DNA from: Sphaerodactylus townsendi
Lineage: Eukaryota
Reading direction: 5' to 3'
DNA: 64,000 bases
Assembly: GCF_021028975.2 (NCBI RefSeq)
Contig: NC_059429.1
Location: 84,692,001 to 84,756,000 of the forward strand
The notes beneath the pieces were generated by a model, which saw only the letters and a program-made list of their open reading frames with translations, did not search any database and was not told the DNA's origin. Shown piece by piece: positions 24,766 through 37,197 of this stretch (within the stretch, counting starts at the first letter, position 1; the number at the start of each line of letters is the position of its first letter). The position numbers were made by a program, and so were the translations under genes.

Positions 24766-24913
24766 CAGGGGTAGGGAACCTGCGGCTCTCCAGATGTTCA
24801 GGAACTACAATTCCCATCAGCCCCTACCAGCATGGCCAATTGACCATGCTGACAGAGGCTGATGGGAATTGTAGTTCCTGAACATCTGGAGAGCCGCAGG
24901 TTCCCTACCCCTG
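24766..24913. mobile_element. Palindromic hAT (Charlie-like) MITE
   Basis: 148-bp near-perfect inverted repeat CAGGGGTAGGGAACC...GGTTCCCTACCCCTG; perfect 8-bp TSD TTCTAGAG (24758-24765 and 24914-24921). Confidence 0.93.
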
Positions 24914-26118
24914 TTCTAGAGGGAAGTGCTGGGTGTGAATGCAATTAGTTCAACTAATGCTGTTTGATTCCTGAAACTTTGATCCTTGGACTGTATAGCC
25001 AGCTTCCCTGACCTGATCTGTTTGGCTACCCTTGTGGAATTCCCTCCACACTGGTGTTGATGAAGAGCTGAGACAGGCAGTTGGCAGGCAGCCAGGACAG
25101 CATCACAGCCTTGGTATTCCTTGGAGATCTTCCATCCAAACACTAGCCAGGGTCAGGGCTGAGAATGTATGACTGACCCAAGATCATCCAGAAAGTTTCC
25201 ATGCCTGAGGATCTGAATCTGGGTTTCCCAGGACATAGGGCAACACCTTAACCACTGCATCATGCTAGGTCTCATAAGGCCTCTTTCTATTTCCCATCAA
25301 ATCTGGGACTTGTACAATGGAAACTATATATTGGTTCCAAGTTTGTTATACAATTGTCAGCATGACTTCCTCATGGGAAACCAGATGGAGACTACTCAAT
25401 TTCAGAGCCTTCACCACCATCAACTGTTGTAGTTATACATCTCAAACTCTAAGCAACCAATAATAAAATGTGAATGAAATGACATATCTATACATTTATT
25501 ACTTACGGAAGTCGATACGCCTGTTGCACATTCAACAAGCATCTAATTGCATCACACCCTTTTCAATGCTGCATTTTAACCCACATCTCAAAACTGTACT
25601 AGTCTAAAAGTACAGGGATAATGTGGATACGACATGGTTGATAATCTGTAACTAGCCAGTACAAAAAGACCCCAGGTTGGATTGTATTGATTAATTTTCT
25701 AAGCAGCCATGCAGTATTTAGACCACTTCCCCTCCTAACTCTTTATCTACATGTCTTGATTTTCAGTCTTGTGGCATGGGGACTCAATATAATTGGTCCC
25801 AGGTTTCCTCAGAAGAGCAGCATCATTTATGAGGATATAATACTTCTAGCAGGAGTTGAGAAATGAGCAAGGAAAGCTCCTAGGATAGGAATTTCCTAAA
25901 TAGATGTTGGAACATTTTCTCAAGTGGACCGGAAGTTTCTTCTGTTACTTTGCACTGATGGATAGATTCTTAAGGCTTGAAGTCAAAAGGGACCACTGCA
26001 GTAACAGAGTCTAATTCTTTAAACAATGCTGACAGTTGAAAAAAAATGGTAGATTTCTACAAAGCAAAAAAAAAGAGATTTTCCAAAACTAATGCCTTAC
26101 TTTCTTTTCCTCCCTTAG

Positions 26119-26294
26119 CTATCAATGGAACTGAGATATGCCCCATGTCTCTCTTCTCTTTCCAAGGACCATCCTCAGATCTTGACAACGTGCCCCATCT
26201 TCGCTACCTACGCCTAGACGGCAACCACCTGAAGCCCCCCATCCCTTTGGACCTGATGATGTGTTTCCGATTGTTGCAGTCTGTTATTTTCTAA
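26119..26294 (+). CDS. PRELP: Prolargin (PRELP), last coding exon
   Basis: Acceptor tttcttttcctcccttAG at 26117-26118. The phase-1 join gives ...SIETINGTEICPMSLFSFQGPSSDLDNVPHLRYLRLDGNHLKPPIPLDLMMCFRLLQSVIF*, matching the PRELP C-terminus. Spliced CDS is 1107 nt, 368 aa. Confidence 0.97.
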
Positions 26295-29200
26295 GCCTTG
26301 TAGCAATTGCCACTCCCCAGGACTTTGGCTTTGCGCAGTGACTTGATTCCAGTCTATGTTAGACACAGGGAATATATCCTGTCATTTCTTCCTTGTCTTA
26401 CCTTCCCAGTTCCTTCTCTTTTTTGCTCCTCCCTGTTTCCTACTCTTTTGGCTGCAGAAATCTTTTGTTTTCAATGTGCTCCCTTCTCTATGCAGCATCT
26501 TATGAATGTCCCTGGAAATTTTGCCCACCTTTTATCCACAAAATAGCCATCAGTTACAGTAAAACAGGTATCTCTTATCCTTAACTTATGTCAAAAGGAG
26601 AGATGGGAGCATGCACTGCATTTGCAGCATTTGTGATATTGCCTTGCTGTTTTGAGCTTTACATAGAGTTATTGGCTGCCAACAACAAGCTTATAAAGGA
26701 GGTTATATTTTGCATAATTATCTGGAAGAAAAGGCAAATGCAATTTCATTTCAGTGTGCCATTCATCTAGCAATAATATTGAGAAAAACAGCACTCAGAC
26801 TTGTTAGGTGGCAATTGTAAGTGCACCGTAAATAGAATATCTATCCTGTACGAAGTATTATTGAGTGCATAAATCCTATGGAGTCATGCAAGGTATACTG
26901 TAAATTCAATGAAAAGGGATTAGGAATTGATATTTCTCCCGGTTTTGCTCTTTGGCATGGTAAAGATAATGATGCTACAACAAAACTGCAGGAATGTACA
27001 GAATGATCAAAATTAATGTGAGCTCCTGCCCCCAGGACTTGGAAAGCACTCTGTCAAAGAGAAATTGCTTTCCATCCTAGGTTCCCACAATTGAGCTCAA
27101 TAGTCATTGTGGGGCTTTTTGCATCTTCAGTACTTGGCAGTTTGCTTGAAATGAAGTATTAGAGAGAATTTGACATTAAACAATGGTGTTCCAGTACTGT
27201 ATTTTTTTGTCCACATAACATGCCCCAGAATACATCATCAACAGTTGGCACAACCTGTGCCTTGCCATTTTTGGGGGGCTTCTGCTATTTTTTTGTATGA
27301 GTAGTACCTCACTATACTTACAATCTCCTCAGCAATTTCTATGCAGATGTCACAAAAGAAATAATCTCCAGTTCCTCAAGGCAAGGTCCCAGTCTCAATC
27401 CCTGGTATTTACAGTTAAAAGGATCAGATAGCAGCTGATGTGAAAGTCTCCTCTTCTTAAGTTAGAGAGGAACAAGAGAATATAAAAATTTACTTGAAAG
27501 GAGGCATGTTCTAAGGAAGGAACTGCTTCACCTAATCTCTGTTAGCAGCATCAACGAACATAGTTATCAGCAGAGTCCACATATGGCTAATTTACAAGGA
27601 TTTATGAACTCCTTCACTGTGGAAAGGTATGGAGGCATACACTTGAATTAACACCATTATTTTGTTTTTCATAATATTGTCTTCATGTGCTGTCCTTTTT
27701 TCTGCATGCATGTAGACAGCAACAAGAAGCAAGAATGTTCCATAAGAGCCACTGAAGTTCAAACCAAAAACCAACCAGGTACCTTGGACATCTCTGGTTC
27801 AACATGGTGGCTTCTTTCTCAGGATCTAGTTCTTATGTTGTGTAAAATGTAACAATCCTACAGGCTTAGATGGATGCAGTTTAGGATTTCACTGTAAGGT
27901 AGCAACATGCTTTCTTTTCCACCTGGAGGGTAGATATATTACTAGATTATTTTTGGATTGAAATTCCTTTCCATCTTGCTGCATGTGAAAGGGTAAATTT
28001 GTGAATAAGTACACAGCTGGTTTGATTTTAAAGAAGCTTCTTGTGTTGGTATATTTTGCTTAAAGCCTCTAGAACAAATTTCTTGCAACATTTTCTCCTC
28101 ATTCTTCTCCTTTTTGACTTGAAAATTCAGAAGTGTTCCATTCTCCAAATCCTGGATGATTTCCCCCTGCTTCTCCTGTTCTGTTTTGTGTTTGGCTCTG
28201 CAAAACCCACATTGACAGAGGTCTGTAAGCAACAAAATATACAACTTATTTTCTTCCTCCTTGTGATCTCAATCTGCCCCTCTTCAAACCACTGATTGGG
28301 TTGGCTGGGCTTTGATCTATAACCTATGGAAGTCAACAGAGGATTCTGGATTATATCCCTAATGACCAAATAACCTCAGTCCCAGATAAAACTCAGCATA
28401 TCCCATGGTACCCTTGTTGGGGTTGGGCATGCTTGGGATCATGTATTTTAATAATAATGTAGGCATGAAACTTACTTTTAATTTAATCTGTCTATATAGC
28501 TAGAAGGCCCTTTTTGGCTTTCTGTTACACCAGTGTTAAATTACTCTGGATTATGCTAGCTGGAATGTCGTTTGCTGGGGTATTTTTATATCCTATTAAA
28601 TTTATTGTGTAAATTTCTGGGGTTTTTTTTTTTAATCTCAGATCATTTGCATGTTTCTATTTTGTCAGTCCCTCCTCCCACCTCAATTTCCTACTGAACT
28701 TTAGATGCCTTGAATTGTCACCCTTTTGTCTGTTTGATCTGCTGTAACAGCTGCAGAAATTTACTGGATGAATTTTTTCTGGGCATCATGCAGTTGTTGC
28801 AAGCGCAGGAGCTCTGCCAAAGAAAAGATGGCACCCATAGTTGATGCCACCTGGCCTATGAATAGAACATAAGATTTTCTGTGACAGTGAGAGGTGTGGG
28901 GCAGAAAGAGATTATTAGAGGAATACAGCAGTGATGGAAGTGATGTTATTGTGAGTTTGCTAGCCTTTTTATTGGCCCTGCTTTTAACCACCTTCTGACA
29001 CAAAATTAAGTTCCTTCTATCCTTTAGATATTAAAGAAGCTTCTATATGTTCATTGGGTAAATAGCTGAGCATCAGGCTGCTCTTAAAGGCACAGGAACC
29101 ACAGCCAGTAAAAAGTTTCAAGCCCTCATAATAATCCTTTATTTATCCTTTTACTGAGTAACTGCAGAAAAGCTTGTATGAACATCATATACATTGAAAT

Positions 29201-30855
29201 TTATTCATTAATTTCACTACAATTATTCTGTGCTATCTTTGACAGCTATTTTCCAGTGTGTCAGCCAAGAAAAAACATAAAAAATAGCTGTCAAAAGAAT
29301 TTTTTAAACTGAAAGAAGACCCCTAATAGTGTGATCAAACTGATTTCATTTCTTAATTGTCTAAAGTGCCAATACTTATGGCTCCCCCAGCTACTGCGGA
29401 AATTATCATTTTCAAATATATTTTCCAGGTATGGATAAGTTATGGTAATTAACTCCACCAAAATGGTTAAGATTTTTCCACAAAAACTGTTACACAGCTC
29501 ACACGCATTGATTACTGGAAAGCTCTGACAACATTTCTGCACTTAATAGTCAGGTTGGACACTAATTCTGTCTAATAATAGAGGATAGCATTCCAGCTCA
29601 GACAAAATCAAGCTGTGCACAGGAGAAAGTGTTGGGCTGTGGGAATTCTGTTGCAACTTCAAGCTTGGCTGAAGCCTGAGGCAGGGTTCCAATGGTAGCT
29701 AGAACTTGCACTATATTTGTGGAATACAAGTCTCATTTCTTATTAAGCCAACTGACACCCCCCTCCCCAATTCTCATTTTTTTCAGGATTGGCAAAATAG
29801 AACTGGAAAGAAACACAAAGATGCATAGCCTGTAAACTATTTACAATGGATTAACATCTTTTTACTAACTCCCTACTCTGAAATGCATAAAATCCATGTC
29901 ATGGCTATAGGCAGAAGTAGAAAGAACAGGATGAATAGCTTTTGAACCAGCTGCTCACTCTTATCGGAGAGAGCATTTCAGACAGGTTGCAGACTGCAGC
30001 AGCTATCACCGCATTGCTTCATGTCTCGCTGTACCTCTGCAAACACAAAAAGCAATAACTAGTGATTAAAGTGAAACAGAATGAACAGGCATGGTTGCTT
30101 TTTGATTTTTGCTTTTGCTGTGGAATGAGTTTGATTTTCCCCACCTTCATTCCTGCACTGACACATGTACAGTTATCACTTCCCTGCTTCAAGTTGGCTG
30201 TTTATTTTGCTGTTCATGTTCTTTTAAAAAAATTCTTGCATGGGTATCTGCTGAGAGAGTGAGGAAAGAAGTATGTGTGACTGACACAATCTTTAGCCAA
30301 GTAGTGCCATATTCATCCTTTCAAACGAGGTATTTGTAATTGATGACTGGTCAGTCAACCCAATAGAAATCCACCTTCTGTTGATGGAATGGTAAACTCA
30401 GTGAAATTGATAAGGCTCTGCTAGTTGCTAAATTACACCAAAGTGTCCTGGTTTCACCAGAAAACATACTGAAGGAGGGGGAGGGGATAGCCTTTTATAT
30501 CGAATTCAAGCCCAATTGCATTGAGACCTTCCTGTTGCTGCTACCAGCCCCCACCTCTGTCAGGATTACAAAATGCAGAAAGCCAGACTCTCTTTTTTCC
30601 CCAGCCTTGTCAATTAACAACCAAAAAACCAAGTGGGTCCAAAACAATTTTTTTTTAGAACAACTTCCCATCAAGAAGAGGGATAAATCAGGCAAGCAAG
30701 CAAAATAGAGGGTTGGGTCCAAGACAGACACTTTGGGGGAGGGAAACCAATGCAAACAGAAAACCCCAGCAGAAATCGCTGTGCAAACAGTGAAACCTCA
30801 CCATGCGGGAAAGACTGAGGATTGATTGTTTATCAACTACATGGTAAGTAGTCAA

Positions 30856-32856
30856 GATGTCTAAAGAACTTTAAACTGAGATAAGATTTAAAAGGAACAT
30901 GTATAAGAAATGAGGAAAGGGGAAATCACAAAAGAGGAACTCAACAATAGTCAGCACATGTAGGGAGAAAGTCAGAAAAGCTAAAACACACAACGATCTC
31001 AGACTTGCTAGAGAAGTTAAAAATAATAAAGGGGGGTTGTTATGTCTATAGCAAAAGGAAGAACAAGAAAACAGTAGGATCACTGTGTAGAGAAGACAGC
31101 AAAATGCTAATAGGGAACGGAGAAAAGGCAAAACTAGTCCAGAACTACCCAGTGGCTTCTTTGTCTCAATCTTCTCCCAAAAGGAAAATGATACTCAACC
31201 TTGGGGAAATGGAGCAGGTGATGCAGTAAGGGAAACCCACCACAGAATAAAGAGAGAGTACTGGCCACTCTTAATGAATTCAAGTCTCCCTAAATCCTAG
31301 GGTATTAAAAGAACTGGCAGAAGTGATCTCAAAACCACTGGCATTAATCTTTGAGAATTCCTGGAGAACAGGAGTAACCCCAGCAGACTGGAGGAGGGCA
31401 AATGTTGTATCCATCTTCAAAAAGTGGGAAAAAAGAAGTTCCAAACAATTACTGCCCAATGTATTGTCAAAGCTTTCACGGCCTGAATCACTGGGGTGTT
31501 ATGTGGTTTCCAGGGTGTATGGCCGTGTTCTACTAGCATTTTCTCCTAATAATGCTACTAAATATGGCCATACAGCCCAGAAACCACACAACATCCCAAT
31601 TACTGCCTAGTCTAACTGACATCAATAGAAGCAAAGATTCTCAAACAGAACATCAAACAATATTTAATCAGAAAGAAATGTCATCAGTAAAAATCAACAT
31701 GGGTTTCTTAAAAACAAGTCTTATCTCCTTTTTTGGATAGAGTGACAAGCTTGGTAGATGAAGGGAATGCTGTGGGTGTAGCATACCTTGATTTCAGTAA
31801 GGCTTCGATAATGTCCCCCATGATATTCTTGTAAAAAAGCAAGTAAAATGTGGGCTACACAATGCTGTTGTTCAACTGAACCCAAATGGTGCTCACCAAT
31901 GGCTCACTGTCATCCTGGAGAGAAATGATCAGTGGGGTACTACAGGGTTCTGCCCTGGGCCCAGTGCTATTCAAGATTTTTACCAGTGACTTGGATGATG
32001 GAATAGAGGGCATGCTAATCAAATTTGCAGATGACACCAAATTAGGAGGGGCAATTAATACGCCAGACAACAGGATCAGAATTTAAAATTACCTTGACAT
32101 TGCTGCGCCAAAACTAACAAAATGAATTTCAATGGGGAGAAATGTCAGGGAGAAAAAAATAAAATGTACAGATATAGGATGGGCAACACCTAGCTTGACA
32201 ACAGTACATGCAAATGGGATCTGGGAGTCGTAGTAGACCACAAGCTGAACATGAGTCAACAGTGTGATGTGGCAGCTAAGAAAGCCAATGTGGTTTTAGA
32301 CTGCATCAATAGGAGTATAGTGTCTAGATCAAGGGAAGTATTAGTACCACTTTAGTCAGTATTGGTCAGACCTCACTTGGAATATTGTGTCCAGTTTTGG
32401 GCATCATAATTCAAGAAGGATATTGACAAGCTAGAATGAGTTCAAAGGATGGCGAACAAAATGGTAAAAGGTCTGGAATCCATGCCCTATGAGGACAGAC
32501 TTAGGAAGCTAGATATGTTTCCTCTGGAGAAGAGAAGATTAAGAGGTGACATGACAGGGATGTCATATTGAAGAGGAAGCAAGCTTGTTTTTTGCAACTC
32601 TAGTGACTAGGACACAGAGTAATGGATTCAAATTATGAAAAAAGAGATTCCACCTAACCATTAAGAAGGGCTTCCTTACAGTAAGGGCTGCTCAACAATG
32701 GAATATGCTGCTTCAAAGGGTGGTGGAGTCTCCTTCTTTGGCGATTTTTAAACAGAAGCTGGATGGCCATCTGCTTGGAGCACTTTGATTGTGTGTTCCT
32801 GCATGGTGGGTTGGACTGGATGCTTCTTATGGTTTCTTCCAATTCTATTATTCTAA
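30856..32856 (+). mobile_element. CR1 LINE ORF2 fragment, RT half plus 3' UTR
   Basis: MSKEL..CREKVRKAK..LAREVKNNK; PADWRRANVV; [14 protein letters not shown]; [10 protein letters not shown]; RPHLEYCVQFW; 3' end ...ttccaattctattattcta. Confidence 0.92.
31457..31596. mobile_element. Penelope-like inverted pseudo-LTR insertion inside the CR1
   Basis: Inverted arms at about 31493-31540 and 31551-31597; flanked by the direct repeat CAATTACTGCC (31446-31456 and 31597-31607). Confidence 0.7.
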
Positions 32857-35133
32857 ATACTCTGTGCTTCAGTAGAAAATTAATCACTGAAATGGTGCAT
32901 TTTGAATACAGTTTAAGATGATGTCATTCTGGCAAAACAACTCACGCACACTAATAACTGAATTTATAGTAGTATACCGGTATCACGTATCAGACATACT
33001 GGTGTGTGATGAACTTGTTTTCAGATTTGGTTCTTTTGTTTATTAATAATTTTTATGTTCTTTATTATAGTGATTGTCTTCCTTTTCAAATTATTTATTC
33101 TATCATTTGTATAATTTCTGTTGCTTTAAGTAGAAAGCATATTTTCTAGTGTCAGCTTTGTGTTGGGAGACAGGAAAGGAATGACAAAGAATGTTACTGG
33201 GAAGCACTGGTTGCTTCAGAATGACCTGAAGAAAGTTTAACAAAGGGACTTGGTTGCTTACCAGGTTATCTTTAATTGAAGGATTACATAATCATGAAGC
33301 TTAAAAACTGTGACAAGTAAGCCCTTACATACAACATGCTACAATTATTCTCCCATTTACTGAGATCCTTCCCCCAAAAAATTAGCCAAACCCTGTTGTA
33401 GTGATTAGATATTATGTTGCACTACAATCTGGGAGAGCCAGTTTCAAGTCTTCACACTGTCATGGGAACTGACTTGGTGACCTGTGGTCACACATGGATC
33501 AACCCTAAGCAAATCTAATTCAGAATTCTGCAGGGAGGCTGACTCCTGGGAGAACATTTTTGGGGTAGCACTATCATTCTCTCTGTCAGGCTAGCATCAA
33601 AGGAAAGTTGAAAGGAAAACATAGAAAGGGACAGGGGCAGAAACATGTGAACAAACAAGCATAGTTAGTCAAGAAAACAAGGTATTGGGAGAGGTGTGAA
33701 ATACATTGATGTTGTGATGTCCAAAAACTGTTTCAGTGCATTTGAACTGACCCATTCCACCATGTAGCACACACATATTTTCCTAATTACACAATTATCT
33801 GTCAGTTAGCAAGTTTCATACTAAACTTGGACTGAAATCACCAACTTGCAACTTGGAAGCAGCAGCTAAATATCTTCTGGGCTGAGTCAGCTTTCTCCCC
33901 TGCTTGTTAATGTTTATTCTTGCAGGTACTTAAACCTGGGGGTGGTCAGAGACACAAGCCAAAAGCTTTTTGCTTTTGTTATCCTGGGGCCTCTGGGAGT
34001 CAGCTGCTTGGGATTTTTTATCATTGTAATCAGTTATTTTGTTCCTTGGAAATTTCTATAAGCAACTTTGGTTCCTTTGGGGGTGGGGGGAGGGGATGGC
34101 ATAGACATGCCCTGATAAATAATTACATTGGATTGCACTGTTAGTCAGACAAAGAGGATTTGTTGAAGGAAGTGCTTTCATTAAGATTGCAATCTCATCT
34201 ACCCTATTCCAGTGCATTCCAATGACCTTTCTGCATCTCAGTGCATTCCAACAGACATTTGGACTACAACACAATCTAGTATGTACATAATATTTAATGT
34301 TTAATACATGCAATTTTTCATGCATTAAATTATTTGGTCATGTAAAGAAAGTATTTTTGGAGGGTGATGTTGTATTTTCCATCCACCCCAACAGGAATAT
34401 AGAAGAAAATATGATCAAACACATAGCTACATTTACATCTCTTATTGAATTACATGCTGCAAGGTATGCTTGGGGAGAAATTAATTTTACTGTGACTGTG
34501 ATCTCCAGATCCTATTCTAGTACAACTGGATTGAACATGCTCAGGCTCAGAATGGTGACAGCAGATGAAAATTAGTTACACAGAACAAAATAGATGACAG
34601 GTAAATGGCCCTTCTTGCGTTTCGAAGCATAAAATATCATAGAGGAGTACATGGGGGATTTTCTGAATTATTTATTCCTCTTTCTCTGTTATTTATTTAG
34701 CTCTTTTAAATGGCAGACTTTATGTTCAAATGCCTATCATGGAGACAGTGAAAGTACATTTGCAGGGGAAGTTAGGGTTTTTGCATACTCAGGAAATTTT
34801 CTAGGCAGAAAAATATTATATTCTGAATTCTAGAAGATTCCCTTAACCCAAATTGATAGTGACAAAGTATGTTACTTGCTGTCAGAATACTGGGTGCACT
34901 TTAGGGATTGGGGAGGAGTAATTTGGGGAATTTTGGTGGTGGGGATTTTTTCTTATTTAAGCCCCTAGAAACTTAAAGTAACCTGGAGGGAGAGGATGGC
35001 ATTGGGAGGGAATTCCTCAGTTCCTTGGGGGTCCTCAGATAGTTAAAGGGAAATAGCAATGAAAGTTAAATGGAGCCTCCTTGTTCACAGGCAGTAAACC
35101 ACTGTCCTCTTAAGAGAGGCTTGATGGGGTACA

Positions 35134-35135
<2 letters not shown>

Positions 35136-35221
<86 letters not shown>
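35136..35221. repeat. (TTA)n microsatellite, about 28 units
   Basis: Perfect trinucleotide array abutting the 3' end of the R4/Dong element. Confidence 0.97.
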
Positions 35222-37105
35222 GTAGATTTCACAGCTGCCAGATCTTTAGCTGGTTGTTGGCCTTCATTAGAATTCGAGCCTCACCCAGAGGCCTAGGAAG
35301 TTGTAATGTATTGGCGTAGTATTCGTGCGGATCCCAGCAGGGCTGCCTTCTGAATTTGACAGATGTTAATTTTGTCAATTCGAAGATGTTTCAAGTGCTG
35401 CCCTAGTGTTTTCGGGATGGTGCCCAGCGTGCCGATTACCACTGGGACGACCTCAGCTGGTTTGTGCCATAGGCGGTGAAGCTCAATTTTCAAATCGTGG
35501 TATCTAGTGACCTTCTCGTGTTCTTTTTCAGTGACCCTGCTGACACCAGGGACTGCTATGATGATGATGGTCACTTTCTTGTCCTCGATCATGGTGATGT
35601 CTGGTGTATTGTGTTTCAACACTTTGTCCGTTTGGATTCGAAAGTCCCACAGGATCTTGACCTTCTCATTTTCCATTACTTTATCTGGACAATGTTCCCA
35701 CCAGTTCTTAGCTGTTCTTATGTTGTAATTCTTGCATAAATTCCAATGGATCATCTTGGCCACTGAGTTGTGTCTCTGTTTGTACTCAGTCTGGGCAATC
35801 TTTGTGCAGCAGCTGAGGACATGATCTACAGTTGCCGCAGCTACTTTGCACAATCTGCAGAGTCCATCGCCCCAAGGATTTTTCGATTTTGCCCTTAATC
35901 GAATTTGTTCTAATGGCTTGCTCTTGAGCAGCTAAAATCAGGGATTCAGTTTCGTTTTTCAGAGTACCAGTTGTTAACCACAGCCAGGTCTTTTTGTTGT
36001 CCACCTTGTCCTTAATTTTCTCCAGAAATTGGCCATGCAGTGCTTTGTTGTGCCAGCTTTCAGTCCTCATTTTAATCATTTTGTATTCTTGTTTGGTTTT
36101 CTGGGTCTTCAGCAAATGTCTGTTCTTCACTTCAATCAATGCCTGTTCTTGACTTTCCTTCACATAATCGGCCAGTGCATGCTTCTCCTCTTCCACTGTT
36201 TGCTGTACTTGCAGTAAGCCTCTGCCACCAGATCTCCGGGGAAGGTATAATCTATCAGTATCACTGTGTGGGTGTAAAGCATGGTGCATTGTCATAAGCT
36301 TCCAAGTTTTTCTATCCAATTCATCCAACTCAGCCTGTGTCCAGTTGATGATTCCCGCAGTGTACCTGATGACAGGTATGGCCCAGGTGTTGATGGCCTT
36401 GATGGTATTCCCACCATTTAATTTAGATTTCAAAATTTTCCTGACCCTCTGGGTGTACTCTCTGCTGACAACAGTCTTCACTTGCCCGTGCTTCATGTTA
36501 TCCAACTGCAAAATGCCCAGGTATTTATAAGCTGCCTCTTGGTTGCATTTGATGAGTTGGCCATCAGGCATTTCAATCCCATCACTCTTGGTGATCTTGC
36601 CCCTCTTTATTGCCACAGTAGCACACTTTTCCAGGCCAAACTCCATTGAAATATCTGTGCTGAATATTCAGACTGTGTTTGCTAGTGACTGGATTTCTGT
36701 GTCTCATTTCCTATACAACTTCAAATCATCCATGTACAGCAAATGTGAGATTTTTTCTGAGTCTTTGGCCATTTGATAGCCCAACTTTGTTTTCTTTAAA
36801 ATTACTGTTAGTGGGATCATGGCAATGATAAACAGTAAAGGTGATAGTGAATCACCTTGGAAAATTCCTCGCTTAATGTTGACTGTTCCAAAGTTTTCAT
36901 TTCCGACTGTCAGTTCAGTTTTCCACTGTCTCATCGCTTTTTCAGTGAATACTCGAATGTTTTTGCTGACGCCAAGCATTTGATGATCCAACTATGGGGC
37001 AGTGAGTCAAATGCCGTCTTGTAATCAATCCAGACCATATGCAGATTTATTCTTCGATTCTTGCAGTTCTCCATTATCATTTTGTCTATCAGAAGTCTAG
37101 CAGGA
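35222..37105 (-). mobile_element. R4/Dong-clade non-LTR retrotransposon, 5'-truncated and frameshifted
   Basis: RT motifs (IDYKTAFDSLPHSW, GIFQGDSLSPLLF, YMDDLKLY, YKYLG), CCHC knuckle (C..CKVAAATVDHVLSCC), RHNSVA, and restriction-like endonuclease region (ILWDFRIQTD..NTPDI..EKVTRY). Ends in (TAA)n on its own strand. Confidence 0.9.
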
Positions 37106-37197
37106 GTTGTTGTTGTTGTTATCATCATCATCATCATCATCATTCATTCATTCATTCATTCATTCATTCATTCATTCATTCATTCATTCATTCATTC
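37106..37197. repeat. Compound microsatellite (GTT)n(ATC)n(ATTC)n
   Basis: Read directly; followed by a short minus-strand L2-type 3' end at about 37198-37250. Confidence 0.95.

Noticed and set aside
28595-28600. ATTAAA followed by a GT/T-rich tract as the PRELP poly(A) signal
   Set aside because: Plausible, but other variants occur nearer the stop codon; needs 3'-end data.
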